From positions 1 to 29,366 of IMG/VR virus record IMGVR_UViG_3300044475_000055: a stretch of DNA of 29,366 nucleotides; one strand, 5' to 3'. The stretch's first letter is position 1; the number at the start of each line of letters is the position of its first letter. Both the position numbers and the translations under genes were made by a program. The DNA is from a virus. Taxonomy: Duplodnaviria > Caudoviricetes. Positions 10,001 to 18,456 of this stretch are shown piece after piece. Below the pieces are notes generated by a model, which saw nothing but the letters and a program-made list of their open reading frames with translations, ran no database searches and had not been told where the DNA came from.

Positions 10001-10916
10001 AAATCCAGACCGGGTTGTTCGTCCAGGTCATCTTGAACGTGCCGTTCCACGGAGTCGCGCCGTCGTCGTACGTCCGACTGACCGGGTTGTAGTTCGTCGG
10101 CACCTTGACGATGATCCCGTCGAAGACGCCAGAGAACTCCGGCACTTGCGTGAACTGGTTGGACGCCTTGCCGTAGATGTGCATGAATGCCACATCGTCG
10201 AACTGCTGCTCCCCGAGGCGAACAACCTGGAAAGACTCCCAGGTGAGGGCCGCGACATTCTCGTCCACGCCCTGCACGCCGTCCGGGCTGATCTTCGTGA
10301 CGCGGATGTCGTAGTCCACGTTCGCGATGTCCACCGGGATGATGAAGTCCTTCACGTAGCCCGTGGCGGTCTTGCCGTAGACGGTCGTGACCGATTCGTC
10401 GTTGTAGTTCTTCCACGTGGTCTGCGTGGACTTGCGGTACTCGATGCGGAACTGAGCTTCCGAGTTGTACTGGCCCTCCGTCGTCGTCTTGACCAGATAG
10501 TCGAACTTGATCCGGACTTCCAGTTGGTTGAAGCTGTTCCGTTGGATGGCCGGCGTAGTCCGCGTCACCGAGACGTTGTGCGCAAGTTGAATGCCCACGG
10601 GAACGTTGGCCGATGTGCCACCGAGCTTCAGTTCAATGGTCCCGTCAGTGTCCGCGCCGGGGTAGAGCATCGCCGCGAAGTCAGAGAAATTCGCGTCCCC
10701 CGTGGCGCTGACCGCCGCGGTGTTGTCTGCGAAGAAGTTCTCCAGGACGTAGTTCTCGTAGACGTGCCCCTTGATCGGACCTTCACTGATCGCCAAGACC
10801 AGCTCGAAGTAGTCCTGAGACAAGAGGTTGTCCGCCGTGCGTACCGGCTCCTGGGAGTCCCCACCGCCCCCCGCGCCGATGATGAAACCAGGAGGTGCCT
10901 TCCGTGTCGTGCTCAT
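4008..10916 (-). CDS. Tail tip / central tail fibre protein (lambda gpJ-like, host specificity), ~2302 aa
   Basis: ISEGPIKG, VPTNYNPVSRTY, WNGTFKMTWTNNPVW and PRFTYN gpJ motifs; FN3-like segments; a DUF1983-like segment; C-terminal VYDDSNVRRVRLG. Start placed at ATG 10916, after the upstream gene ends. Confidence 0.92.
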   Translation of the reverse strand: MSTTRKAPPGFIIGAGGGGDSQEPVRTADNLLSQDYFELVLAISEGPIKGHVYENYVLENFFADNTAAVSATGDANFSDFAAMLYPGADTDGTIELKLGGTSANVPVGIQLAHNVSVTRTTPAIQRNSFNQLEVRIKFDYLVKTTTEGQYNSEAQFRIEYRKSTQTTWKNYNDESVTTVYGKTATGYVKDFIIPVDIANVDYDIRVTKISPDGVQGVDENVAALTWESFQVVRLGEQQFDDVAFMHIYGKASNQFTQVPEFSGVFDGIIVKVPTNYNPVSRTYDDGATPWNGTFKMTWTNNPVWILYELITNERYGLARYFKNATANRYEFYAEAKWCDEMVPDGRGEGGTQPRFTYNDWITEARDGMEMLRYVAGSFNAVLDDDGNGSIILRSDRPRASKHVFTPENVTPAGFGYTFSDPTTRYNDIQVAFVNPDLGWEQDWRPATIDNTAEITKFGRVPFDFIAVGCTDSWEAVRRANYRFVTATKEIATVNFTTTRVGLMCGLLDTITVADPLADWGTTGRVKSATASTIQLRDPIYFATLDARTMKVQTYSGIVEIQITPLILGENYTLNVPSSNFPVSDVPDRTTFVIEDTADMGMSKPFRVLAIEEVEGRPDEVSISAIEIAADKYEQVEQTGGYIETKYSYTTPGEPMLPAALNLYSPDPQITSDGSLIYRIEATWTKMIGSVRFEIDFKTDEDQSWNTVTSYGAQADLVPVKDGKTYTVRLYAVSPTGMRSQKCLEGTVLVESKNSSLEDVTGLTAVVTNGGWEIRWNPPTNTPDYAGLDIRLGIATDTDFFALPKAFTKDVSPQPMTWRASGTTRIMARYIDTSGNFSKHTATYDLVIQNPDTPTLNVERTLEGTYIRFPDPTTSQPLKAILVRSGPNTATWDTAVDKGSGGGNQRSVFVIPDLVADTKIFVRAQDEAGNLSNVAVQNIPAAASNIQQLIDIATQGVTFNNLADDFLEEVNLISADASVEGSVNQRLQTVTSNSTGGTYTGLLGFNFNGSLNGWVGYTASFSSFTANASSATLMANAGGKAVILRDLATAERFPGSKADKIRAKVKRIGTPAWHGKLYYGNESHSESESYNKIATEPVWDGTTGWGNVEWDMTALTAGGTDWLTSTAINYLRIDFGKVGVDNASDGFEIDFISVGSNAGADTYSLVQTESQARVDADGYLGAQWALRVALVSGGSVAAVGGIGISGTNSSGQGPRFDIAFRANTITFLPPSGVSDTQYAPFVYYTTTTVVNGVSIPAGLYLKSAFIDYIQAAQIDTRLLTIKDASGNIIFSSGQNLDYARINAAAAWQTPQLAIKRNVGDFAGTLNWNECWIHGRSQSGTDVDAPGTILVNGLITSVPNGLLYGSQGPFSGWIVWDTSLSLFTIAGGSAGYPYVAARKSSAGWEYDNNSAWTAFTPTASTFIIGTVESGAPDTGAPGTAPGIIAASMWSDAKTLDAIGNLGTTANWAGVADRPADDAIKNNMIDVSWWKRGATIPWSQNGEENIIYATNDVGGTGPRGGSDIVWYCREATGDGNSGGGWNASLSGLDPSKTYRFVVPVRVRDTGLGGSVYWGTNSVCGLNSTTVDGNPYFIAYGRNSMSTDRWYLMVGYVFPYGSVNNSNSGAGIIDCKTGLFVATGNNWNQSSTGATSHRAYQFYAGANATQLFGRPMVNVVDGTEPSLREYFEANSVLNTAVSVNADGTLNNAGGGQVTIRGIGYAGDLNAAAGVKLINHANMSIEGSTVTKVSGGGGWNAAVYSQDSYSGGAYVSWIHPNPSYSFGIGLNSDPVANSSYDTVDWWLYNSGTSLLAFSNGAVLNGGAAIGTFSAGDQLAVTYDGTNVRFMRNGAVLFTVPWVSSAPLYLDSSFDTVGGKATNIQFGPMSSNQWSAVGGKPRTYRVGAYGLGSTSHIIGSVLRDADTGTDLATGGAMYRVVKIHRTTKAVTDLGTFNPLSGALGPTGECNAMAAALNGIDNNHICVVFTYDEPSGNRMLGNLPAAMYRNGASRTVWGSAAFQYRGAYILIGIGGCGEGNGAECYAGSVGSDTNAWCDTSFQITEAGALVVSGANRGATSLIDIGYTGDANATYGATWGGNISSQPADSAIMNNNISVSGGNISGIGTGNGTAVANSNIGINSSGQLGGIGAGNGTTVSNAQINLTVNADGSLSTSGGPSASGSVTPVGIGAIKTDASNAPSSVLNSSVSLSASGGTVSLNNAGGGSFNLGHLNPGAMAYLNQITSVNVSTYIAAAAIDYSRIGVLQAGNLSVVALSNTINGGVTSTGRVEVTNNRIDVYDDSNVRRVRLGLL
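7465..7480. repeat. 16-bp palindromic motif (ATGAAATCAATTTCAA)
   Basis: 1 mismatch; encodes FEIDF in J. Confidence 0.85.
8827..8842. repeat. 16-bp palindromic motif TTGAAATCAATTTCAA
   Basis: Exact copy in reverse orientation; encodes FEIDFK in J. Confidence 0.95.
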
Positions 10917-10927
10917 CTTTGTACCTT

Positions 10928-10943
10928 TTGAAATTGATTTCAA
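10928..10943. repeat. 16-bp palindromic motif TTGAAATTGATTTCAA
   Basis: Exact copy; fills the I-J intergenic gap. Confidence 0.95.
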
Positions 10944-10944
10944 C

Positions 10945-11613
10945 TTAGCTGTTTTCTTCGTCGATGATCGTGTCTTCGTACGTGTAGTCACTCCCACTGA
11001 CGGAGCCGGAAGACCAGCCGACATTCGGGTCTGCCCCTCCGCTGTAGCCATCGTCGTACGACCCCTCGAACAGCGACGGTTGGTACAGATTCGTCGCCGA
11101 GACGTTGAACGTCAGGATGTGCCCCCACACGCGTCGGCGCCCGAAGAGCAACGGGATGCGAGTGCCGATCTTTGTGGTGTTCTTGTTGGCCGGCAGGTAG
11201 GCGGAGCGCGCATCCGTCTCGGTCTGTCGTCGCACCTCCGGCTGCGGCATCAGAGCCTGTACCAAGCCCGAGACCAGCAACGCCACACCGACTCGCACCA
11301 ACGTACCGGATCGGTCGAACAGAACGCCCACGATGATCAGGATGATGCCGAGGATGATCTGGAAAACGCCCCGTCCGCCCGCGCCGAAAGCCACTGGCGT
11401 TACGACGATGCGCTCAACCGCCGTGGGTTGGTACAGGGAGTCCCGTGACGGGAACTGCTGCAAGGCAAAGGCGTGGCGGTCGCCGTCCTCTTCACGGAAC
11501 CCCGGACGCCCGTTGAGACCACTGATCGCCTCCGCGGCAGTCGCGGCTTCAAGCCAGATGCCATCCGGGTATTGCAAGGCCAGGGGGCCGGACTCAAACA
11601 CAATCTGCTTCAT
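10945..11613 (-). CDS. Tail assembly protein (lambda gpI-like, ubiquitin-like fold)
   Basis: AATAAEAI motif, GAGG plus a hydrophobic stretch, and NTTKIGTRIPLLFGRRRVWG; synteny before J. Confidence 0.85.
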   Translation of the reverse strand: MKQIVFESGPLALQYPDGIWLEAATAAEAISGLNGRPGFREEDGDRHAFALQQFPSRDSLYQPTAVERIVVTPVAFGAGGRGVFQIILGIILIIVGVLFDRSGTLVRVGVALLVSGLVQALMPQPEVRRQTETDARSAYLPANKNTTKIGTRIPLLFGRRRVWGHILTFNVSATNLYQPSLFEGSYDDGYSGGADPNVGWSSGSVSGSDYTYEDTIIDEENS

Positions 11614-11938
11614 GGAGCATCACCATTTTGTTGCGAACGACGAAGGACCGGACACGTGTCTCGGTAACGATGTAGTTGACCCACTCAGGGTGGAGAAGGA
11701 ACGCCGCGTAGTCCGTCGCGGACAGATTGACGTTGTTGGCCGGGTGCGTATGCCACATGGCTACGGCCCGTGTCCGGTAGGGGTCGATGTCCGCCTCTGC
11801 AACCATGAAAGCCAGATGCGGCTCCGGGCTGAGGTTCTTCAGCTCGACTACCTCCCCATCGTCAAGGATCAGTCCGACCCTCTCCCGTTGAGGAGTCCAG
11901 TATGCCAGGAGCTTTTTGGGAGAGTCGGCGTTTTGCAT
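11594..11938 (-). CDS. JAB/MPN (JAMM) metalloprotease, N-terminal half of lambda gpK
   Basis: ERVG...WHTHPANNVNLSATD is an intact E...HxH-x7-S-x2-D motif. Confidence 0.85.
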   Translation of the reverse strand: MQNADSPKKLLAYWTPQRERVGLILDDGEVVELKNLSPEPHLAFMVAEADIDPYRTRAVAMWHTHPANNVNLSATDYAAFLLHPEWVNYIVTETRVRSFVVRNKMVMLHEADCV

Positions 11939-12416
11939 AGTTAGGCAGGATGTCGAAGAGTTGAACCGCGTTTCTGCCGACGTAGGCTGCGTTCAGTGCT
12001 GCTACGTCGGGGTGCCGTACCACGGCCATGAGACGACGGGACCAGGGGCCGGCGATGTAGTCCTCGCAGGACGGCTTGTCGTAGAGGTGGTGAAGGAACG
12101 TGCCGTTACCGACGAACACCGCTACGTGGTTGATCATCTGCTCGCCGCGCATCCAGGGGCGACGTACGGTGAACATCAGGCCGTCGCCCACCTCAAGAAG
12201 ACTGGGGGCGACATCCACGACCTTGAAATCGCTGTCCCGTAAGAAAGGGGCGATCAGGTCGATGCCTTCGCTGAAGAACGACGATGACCGGGCGTAGTTC
12301 GGTAGCTCGATGTCGTAGTTGTCCAGATAGAACTGTCGGCATAGGCCGTAGCAGTCTTTGTCCCCGTCGTCGTACGCGAGGTTGATCAGATGCTTGTACC
12401 GGTCGTAATTGCTCAT
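11862..12416 (-). CDS. NlpC/P60 peptidase, C-terminal half of lambda gpK
   Basis: DCYGL and NHVAVFVGNGTFLHH motifs. ATG 12416 is coupled (TGATG) to the upstream stop. Confidence 0.88.
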   Translation of the reverse strand: MSNYDRYKHLINLAYDDGDKDCYGLCRQFYLDNYDIELPNYARSSSFFSEGIDLIAPFLRDSDFKVVDVAPSLLEVGDGLMFTVRRPWMRGEQMINHVAVFVGNGTFLHHLYDKPSCEDYIAGPWSRRLMAVVRHPDVAALNAAYVGRNAVQLFDILPNYAKRRLSQKAPGILDSSTGEGRTDP

Positions 12417-12931
12417 CAGATGCTCACTGATGGGAACTTGGGTGGAACGAATGCCCGCCCCGGGAGGACGAACGACTGGCCGTCGAGTGCGGAACGCAGC
12501 TCCAGGATGATGGCTGGGTTGCTGAGTTGCAAGATGCGACCGACACGCCACGTGTTCAGGATGAACGAATTCTCGTTCGCGTCCAAGTGCTCTTTGAGGA
12601 CGCGGTAGCGCTTGACGATTGCCCCGTCCATCCAGCCCTGGTGCCCGTACCGAGTGAACTCACCGTTCGGGTTGAACAGGGAAAACTTCGGCCGCGAGAG
12701 TTCGCTGCTCGAATCACGACGGTAGTCGGAGAGGGCGACGCCGTACGACTCCCAGTTAGTGCCCTGCCAGTTGACGGTGTTTTTAGAGGATAGGTAGAGG
12801 TTGACGACTGCGTGCCCCTCCGGGCTCATGATCAATTGGAAAAGCTCGATATAGCCATCGGCTTCGAGCTTCAGCGCCTCTTGATCGTGTACCGCGGCGA
12901 GTGACGAGTCGCCTTGTGCATTCAGACTCAT
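12416..12931 (-). CDS. Minor tail protein (lambda gpL-like, N-terminal domain only)
   Basis: IELFQL, WQGTNW, RPKFSLFN, GAIVKRYRV..HLDA and ELRSALD...LPGR motifs. Confidence 0.85.
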   Translation of the reverse strand: MSLNAQGDSSLAAVHDQEALKLEADGYIELFQLIMSPEGHAVVNLYLSSKNTVNWQGTNWESYGVALSDYRRDSSSELSRPKFSLFNPNGEFTRYGHQGWMDGAIVKRYRVLKEHLDANENSFILNTWRVGRILQLSNPAIILELRSALDGQSFVLPGRAFVPPKFPSVSI

Positions 12932-13314
12932 GGGTGCTCCAGGAGGACAACGGAAAACGCCTCAAGCCAGCCGGATTGGCCGTCCACTTTCTTGGGGGTC
13001 TTGAGCGGTTCCTTGAACGTGCAGACCAGCATGCCGTACTGCGGGTGTTCGTAGTTAAACCGCTTCGCCATCCGGTGGAACAGGTAGAACTGCTCCAGTC
13101 GGTAAAAGTTCCTTTTGGGGTTGGTGGTCACGTCCGGGGCATTGTTCACCAAGTCCCAGTAGTTGATCATCCCCGCAAAGTTCAGGGTAATGGTCCGCTG
13201 GTCTGGCGCAACGGGCGCAGACGTGAAGGTGTAGGAGCGCCCGAGCTGGACTGAATCCCCTGACTGGGGGTACTCAGTGGTCGGGCTGTGAAAGTCGAAA
13301 TCGAACAGTTCCAT
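12928..13314 (-). CDS. Distal tail protein (lambda gpM-like position)
   Basis: 128 aa between the tape measure and L; LEQFYLFH...FNYEHP pattern. Confidence 0.7.
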   Translation of the reverse strand: MELFDFDFHSPTTEYPQSGDSVQLGRSYTFTSAPVAPDQRTITLNFAGMINYWDLVNNAPDVTTNPKRNFYRLEQFYLFHRMAKRFNYEHPQYGMLVCTFKEPLKTPKKVDGQSGWLEAFSVVLLEHP

Positions 13315-16300
13315 TTACTTGCCCATTTGAACGGATTGAATCAGCTTCTTGATGGAGCCGCCACGCGAGATATTGTCCGACACGACTAGGACGATATCGC
13401 TCGGCGTGACGCTCGGCTTCTGATCTTCGGTCACGATCCACACATTCACCGTGCCTGAGCCGCTGGCACCCTCGCCGGTCCCCTTGCCGATGTTGTTGCG
13501 ATGGCGCGGGTCGTCCGCCGTCAACATCTCTTCGCCCTTCATTGCCACGATGGGGACTTCATTCGGCTTGAGACCGATGACGCCGCCCGTGTGGTACCGC
13601 GCCGCGTCGTTGAAGATTGCAGGGGCCACCATCCGCTGTTGCAGGTACGGACTGCCGATGACGCCGCCCGTGTGAGCAATCGCGCTGAGGACACTGCCGG
13701 CACTACTGCTAGCGTCAGACGAAGCACTCGACGTGAAGATGGCAGAAATGAGGCTGGTGAACGAGGTACCCAAGAACGAGAGCAGCGTACCAATCCAACG
13801 CACGAACGAATTGTCCGAGTTCTGGAAGTAGTTGCCGATGTTCGCGCCCAGATTCTCGAAGAAGCCGCCTGTCTGCGCCGTACCCTCCGCGACGGTTTCC
13901 GCGATGTCCTTACCGCCTTCGCTGGCCTGCTTCACGAAGTAGGGATTGGCCGAAGAGCCGTCCGCCTTTGAGCCCACGCCCAGTGCGTCCGTAATCGCCC
14001 CGCCGATACCGCCCTTTCCGCCAACACCGCCGATGGTCTTGAAGATTTCGTCACCGATGCTCTTCGTCGCTTGCGTCAGAACTTGGTTGCCCACGACCTG
14101 AGCCAAGCTGGACAAGCCGGCACGGATGCCGTCGATGCCGCCCTTCATTTTCACGATCACATCTGCGAACTGCGTAGACAGGTCGCGGTTGATCGTGCGG
14201 GCCGTGTTTCCGACTTCAAGGTTCAGGCCAACGATGCTTTGCTTGAACCCCGTGACCTGATCTTGCAGGCTCTTGAATGCGGAAGAGCCGCGAACCTGCA
14301 CGTCGGTGATGCCGTCGAGGAACGTTTGCAGTTCATCGGCGAGTTCCACCATCTTGGGGGTCGTAGAGGTGATGCTGTCGTCCACCGCCTTCGCTGCCTC
14401 CGCAGAAGACAGGATGCCCGCGGTCTGCTGGTCGGCGATGTCCTGCTTCGCCTTGTTGACCTTATTCATGAGGTCGGCCAGCTTGTTGCCGGTAGCAGTC
14501 ACTGCGGCGCTGGCGGCGTCCGTGACAGAGCTGCGATCCAGGTTTTGCGCAAGCGCTTCCTGGCCCTCCGTCTTGAGTTTGTTCAGCCGGTCCTTCTGTG
14601 CCGCACGGAGCGAATCCAGAGTCTGCGTGAAGACCTGAACCGTGTCGGCCGGAATGAGACCCTGCTGATTGAGCTTGGCCTGCTCGCTCAGGGTAGCTTC
14701 GGTGAACTGCTTGTTCGCCCGCGTGATGTCGCGGTCGGTGTCGTCCTGGATGCCTTTCTTGCGCTCTTGCAGAACTGCGATGTCTCCGTTGAGACGCGCA
14801 CGCTCTGCCTCGGCCCGCTTCTTCTCAGCCGCGTCCGCCCCCGGCTTGGCCGCCTCGAAGTTCACCGCCGTGATGTCCAACTGACGTTGCTTGATCTCTG
14901 CGTCGATGGCCTTGAGTTGCAGTTCCTTGCGAGCGTCGTAGTAGTTCTTGATCGTGACTAGGCCACGGTCGTACGCCTCATCTGCAATTGATTGCAACTG
15001 ACGGTAGCCCTCTTGGGCCAGGTTCGCCTCCGCCGCGTTTTGGGCCTTGGCAAGTTCCAGTTCCGCACGGCGAAGACGACGAGCAAGCGACTCCTGCCCT
15101 GTGACCTTCGGATTGAAGCTGTCCTTGCCGGTCGTAGCAGGAGCGGGCTTGGGGGCTCGCGTGCCAGTTAGATTGCTCGCGTCAGCGTTCTTGATGGCCG
15201 CGAGGATCGTAGGCACAGACGAGATGTCCCGATCAAAGAACCGCTTCAGGTTCTTCAACGAGTTCAGCGCGTTCTCAGACAGGCCGGGCAATGCGAGCAA
15301 GCCCTTCAGCTCTTCGTCGAAGGCCGCACGGATGGCTTCCATCGCCCCGCTGTTCGCTGCGGCTTCCTCCTTCAGCCGGGTAATGCGAGCGTCGATGACG
15401 GCGATGTCGGCCTTGTCCTTGCCCTGTTTATCCGAAGAAAGTTTGGCGGTTTCGTCCCGCGCGTTCTTCACGGCGTCCGACAGGCTTGCGTACTTGGAGA
15501 TGTACTTCTCGAAGAGACTCGCGCTCTCGGGCGTGAACTGGCTCTGCACTACTTCGTTGAACGACTTCGCGTCGGCCGACACCTGTTGGTAGTTGACCGA
15601 AATGCCAGCCTGCTTCTGCTTGAGGTCTTCCGCCGCCTTCGTAGCGTCTTGGTAGGACTTGGCAGCGGCTGTGGCCGCCCCCGAGAGCGTGTCCAGAAGA
15701 CGCTGCTCTTCGATATTGGCCTTGCGGTTGCCCTGCGAAGCGGTGCGCTTGTCCAGGATGTCCTGGAATTTCAGAACCTCCTGCTTGGTGCGCTCCATTG
15801 CCTGCCGGGCCGCCTCAACCTCGGTAGCCGCCTTTGCCGCCGCGTTGGCGTTCATGGCGTCGAAGGTCTGCTGGCTCTCGGCCAGTGCGGCTTGAATGGC
15901 CTGCCCTGCCTTCAGGAACTGATCCTGCGCGGATTGGCGTTGCGAGTCCGGGGCGTTCGGGTCCGCCGCCGTGTTCGCCAAGTTCTCGATGGACTGCTTC
16001 ACTTCCGCGCCGCTGCGGCCACGGCGGAGGTCGTCGTACGCCTTCGTAGCGTCAAGCGCGGCCTGGGCCTCCTGGCGCAGCTTTTCGGCGTGCTGCTCCG
16101 CGGCCAGTGCTGCTTGCGCCTTTTCCTTGGAGACGAGACCCAGCTTCTCCGCCATGTCTTTGAACAGACTGGTGAGGGGCTTCAGGATGCCGAGCGCGTC
16201 GGCCAGCGTGTAGATGAGCGTGATCCAGCCAAAGGCGCTCAGGGCGATTCGGCCGAGGAACCCGATGGCGGTAGCCAAGGTACCCAACACGCCGATTGCA

Positions 16301-18456
16301 GCGCGCCACACAAGGCCCATGCGAGCCCAGAGGACCGAGATGATGCCGAGCTGACCGCCCTGCGCTGCGAGCGCAGCATTGGTAGTAGCCAGGGCGGCCG
16401 ATGCCTGCTGGGCCGTGCTGAGAGTTGCCGCCGCGGCTGCTGCGCCGGCTGCTGTGTTGCCTGCGGTGGACGTGACCGAGTTGAACCGTGCGTTGGCAGC
16501 GTCATAGCGTGCCTGGGCTGCGTTCTGCGCTGCGGTGGCTGCGTTGACGGCTGCGGTCGCCCCCGCGGCTTCTGCTGCTTCACGACGTGCCCAGTAGGCT
16601 TGTACGCCACGTAGGCGACGTTGGAAGCCGGCCTCCTCTTCCGCCAGTGCCGTGTCGCGGTCGCGCTTCGCTTGGGTGAGGCCGACGCGCGTACCAGTAG
16701 CAGCGATCTCTTGCCGCCGCGTTTCAAACTCAGTAACGATGGCCGCCCGGCGCGCTTCGCTCTCCGCGGTGATCTGCTGGATTCGCTGGGCCTTCTGCTG
16801 CTCGATGGCGAACAGGGCGTCCGCCGCCTTCTGCATTTCCTGACGTGCGTTGTTCTGGGCGCTGTTCAGTCCCAGACCCGCCCCGCGCAAGTCACGCGAT
16901 GCTGGCGCTTCCGCGAGTGCAGCACGACTGGCTGCGGCCTGGGCTGCGGTCGCCTTCGCGGATGCCGCGGCGACTTCGGCGTCGATTGCGATCTGGGCAC
17001 GCTTCGCTTCGCCCGTACGCTTGATCTCGTCGTACAGCTCCTTGTAGCCCAGCTTCTCGGAGAACCAAGAGCCGGAGAACTTCTTCGTACTGGCCGCTTG
17101 TGCCGCTGCGTTGATCCCGTCCGCCGCTGCCGCAGAGTCTTTTGAAATTGATTTCAAACCGGACGAGAGGCCGAGGAATCGAGCCGTAACCCCGGCCAGG
17201 ACTTCGACCAGCTTGAAGCCGATGAACGCCTGGATGAGCGGGAGGAAGTTCGTCCAGACGATGCCTAGCTGCGCAACGCCGCTGATGAACTTGTCGATGA
17301 GGCCCAGGGTCTGCCCGACCGCCTTACCTACCGCGTTGAGGAAGCTACGGAATTCCGCGGACTTGAGACCGTCTTGCAGGCGCTTCAAGTAGCCGACCAA
17401 CGGACCCAGCAACTGTGAGCTGGCTTCGATGCCCGCGTCGATCAGTGTGTTGAGTGTGATCTTGGCTTGCGCCGCGACCGTGTTCAGGACGGTGGCCTGT
17501 TCCTGGATGGCCGAGAACCCTTGCGCGCCCTTCTGTGCGTTGGCGAAGTTCCGATCCAGAACAACGTTGGCACTGTCCTGCACGAGCTTGTTGACCAGCG
17601 CCCCGATCCGGCCGCCGCCGAACATCTTGACGATGACGTTCTGCTGATCCACCGCGTTGAGCTTGCGGATGCCCTCCAGGACATGCTTGAACGCCTTGAG
17701 GCCATCCGTATCCAGTTCCGCGAGCCACTTCTGCGTAGCGTTCGTCGTCGTGCCGTAGAGCAAGCGGCCGAAGTCCACTGCCTTCTGGTTGAGCGACGAG
17801 AACACTTTGGCGAAGGCCGTACCGACAACTTCGGGCGATTGGCCGAAGTCGATACCGGTGGCAGCGAGCGAGATCGACTGCTGTAGGTTCAACCGCCCCG
17901 CGGCGTCGCCGATTCGCTTCACAACGTCCAGAAGCTCGGCGCCCTTGGCCGTGGAGTTGTTCGACACTTCGTTGAAGGTAGAGACGGCTGTCTCGATTTC
18001 CTTCAGCGGAATCTTGAACACGTTGACGATCTTGCCGATACCGCTCGCCGCTTCCTCCGCGGTGATATCCAGCACGGACGACATCCGAGCGACGGACTCG
18101 GTGAAGGCCACGACGCCCGCGACACCTTCTCGGCCCAGGCCCTGCTGGCCCGCGGCAGCGGCAATCTTCGCGAGGTCGTTGGCAGCAACGTCAACCGTCG
18201 TGGAGAGCCGCAGAATCTCCCGATTCAACTGCTCCATTTCGGTAGCGGTGAAGTTGGTTGTCTTGCGAACGTTTGCGAGTTCGCGTTCCAACTGCACCGC
18301 GGCCACGATAGGCGCCGACGTGATCTTGAGGGCAGCGATGCCCGCGCCGACCGCGCCGACGAACCGAATCAGTCGCGACTCGATCTGATTGAGGGCCGGG
18401 GAAAGATCGTCCTTTCCCCGGATGTTGACTTCTAGATCACTGTTCTGAGTTCCCAC
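13315..18456 (-). CDS. Tape measure protein (TP901-type N-terminal domain), 1713 aa
   Basis: LANVRKTT...DLAKIAAAAGQQG domain, long Ala-rich helical repeats, and C-terminal HTGGVIG..EVPIVAMKGEEMLT. GTG start with GGAGG RBS. Confidence 0.93.
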   Translation of the reverse strand: MGTQNSDLEVNIRGKDDLSPALNQIESRLIRFVGAVGAGIAALKITSAPIVAAVQLERELANVRKTTNFTATEMEQLNREILRLSTTVDVAANDLAKIAAAAGQQGLGREGVAGVVAFTESVARMSSVLDITAEEAASGIGKIVNVFKIPLKEIETAVSTFNEVSNNSTAKGAELLDVVKRIGDAAGRLNLQQSISLAATGIDFGQSPEVVGTAFAKVFSSLNQKAVDFGRLLYGTTTNATQKWLAELDTDGLKAFKHVLEGIRKLNAVDQQNVIVKMFGGGRIGALVNKLVQDSANVVLDRNFANAQKGAQGFSAIQEQATVLNTVAAQAKITLNTLIDAGIEASSQLLGPLVGYLKRLQDGLKSAEFRSFLNAVGKAVGQTLGLIDKFISGVAQLGIVWTNFLPLIQAFIGFKLVEVLAGVTARFLGLSSGLKSISKDSAAAADGINAAAQAASTKKFSGSWFSEKLGYKELYDEIKRTGEAKRAQIAIDAEVAAASAKATAAQAAASRAALAEAPASRDLRGAGLGLNSAQNNARQEMQKAADALFAIEQQKAQRIQQITAESEARRAAIVTEFETRRQEIAATGTRVGLTQAKRDRDTALAEEEAGFQRRLRGVQAYWARREAAEAAGATAAVNAATAAQNAAQARYDAANARFNSVTSTAGNTAAGAAAAAATLSTAQQASAALATTNAALAAQGGQLGIISVLWARMGLVWRAAIGVLGTLATAIGFLGRIALSAFGWITLIYTLADALGILKPLTSLFKDMAEKLGLVSKEKAQAALAAEQHAEKLRQEAQAALDATKAYDDLRRGRSGAEVKQSIENLANTAADPNAPDSQRQSAQDQFLKAGQAIQAALAESQQTFDAMNANAAAKAATEVEAARQAMERTKQEVLKFQDILDKRTASQGNRKANIEEQRLLDTLSGAATAAAKSYQDATKAAEDLKQKQAGISVNYQQVSADAKSFNEVVQSQFTPESASLFEKYISKYASLSDAVKNARDETAKLSSDKQGKDKADIAVIDARITRLKEEAAANSGAMEAIRAAFDEELKGLLALPGLSENALNSLKNLKRFFDRDISSVPTILAAIKNADASNLTGTRAPKPAPATTGKDSFNPKVTGQESLARRLRRAELELAKAQNAAEANLAQEGYRQLQSIADEAYDRGLVTIKNYYDARKELQLKAIDAEIKQRQLDITAVNFEAAKPGADAAEKKRAEAERARLNGDIAVLQERKKGIQDDTDRDITRANKQFTEATLSEQAKLNQQGLIPADTVQVFTQTLDSLRAAQKDRLNKLKTEGQEALAQNLDRSSVTDAASAAVTATGNKLADLMNKVNKAKQDIADQQTAGILSSAEAAKAVDDSITSTTPKMVELADELQTFLDGITDVQVRGSSAFKSLQDQVTGFKQSIVGLNLEVGNTARTINRDLSTQFADVIVKMKGGIDGIRAGLSSLAQVVGNQVLTQATKSIGDEIFKTIGGVGGKGGIGGAITDALGVGSKADGSSANPYFVKQASEGGKDIAETVAEGTAQTGGFFENLGANIGNYFQNSDNSFVRWIGTLLSFLGTSFTSLISAIFTSSASSDASSSAGSVLSAIAHTGGVIGSPYLQQRMVAPAIFNDAARYHTGGVIGLKPNEVPIVAMKGEEMLTADDPRHRNNIGKGTGEGASGSGTVNVWIVTEDQKPSVTPSDIVLVVSDNISRGGSIKKLIQSVQMGK
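14982..14997. repeat. 16-bp palindromic motif, degenerate copy (CTGCAATTGATTGCAA)
   Basis: 3 mismatches, two of them symmetric so the palindrome is kept; encodes LQSIA in the tape measure. Confidence 0.5.
17142..17157. repeat. 16-bp palindromic motif TTGAAATTGATTTCAA
   Basis: Exact copy; encodes LKSIS in the tape measure. Confidence 0.95.

Noticed and set aside
10917-11051. Upstream extensions in the ORF track (J from 11051; also portal 27816, protease 26326, chaperone 19419, NlpC 12551)
   Set aside because: They overlap upstream genes. Downstream ATGs with an RBS, stop-start coupling or much less overlap fit better.
12223-12230. Half-site TTGAAATC in the NlpC gene
   Set aside because: The second arm is absent, so it is compatible with chance.
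13574-13674. 20-bp direct repeat CCGATGACGCCGCCCGTGTG (13574-13593 and 13655-13674)
   Set aside because: Explained by the duplicated HTGGVIG peptide common in tape-measure C-termini.
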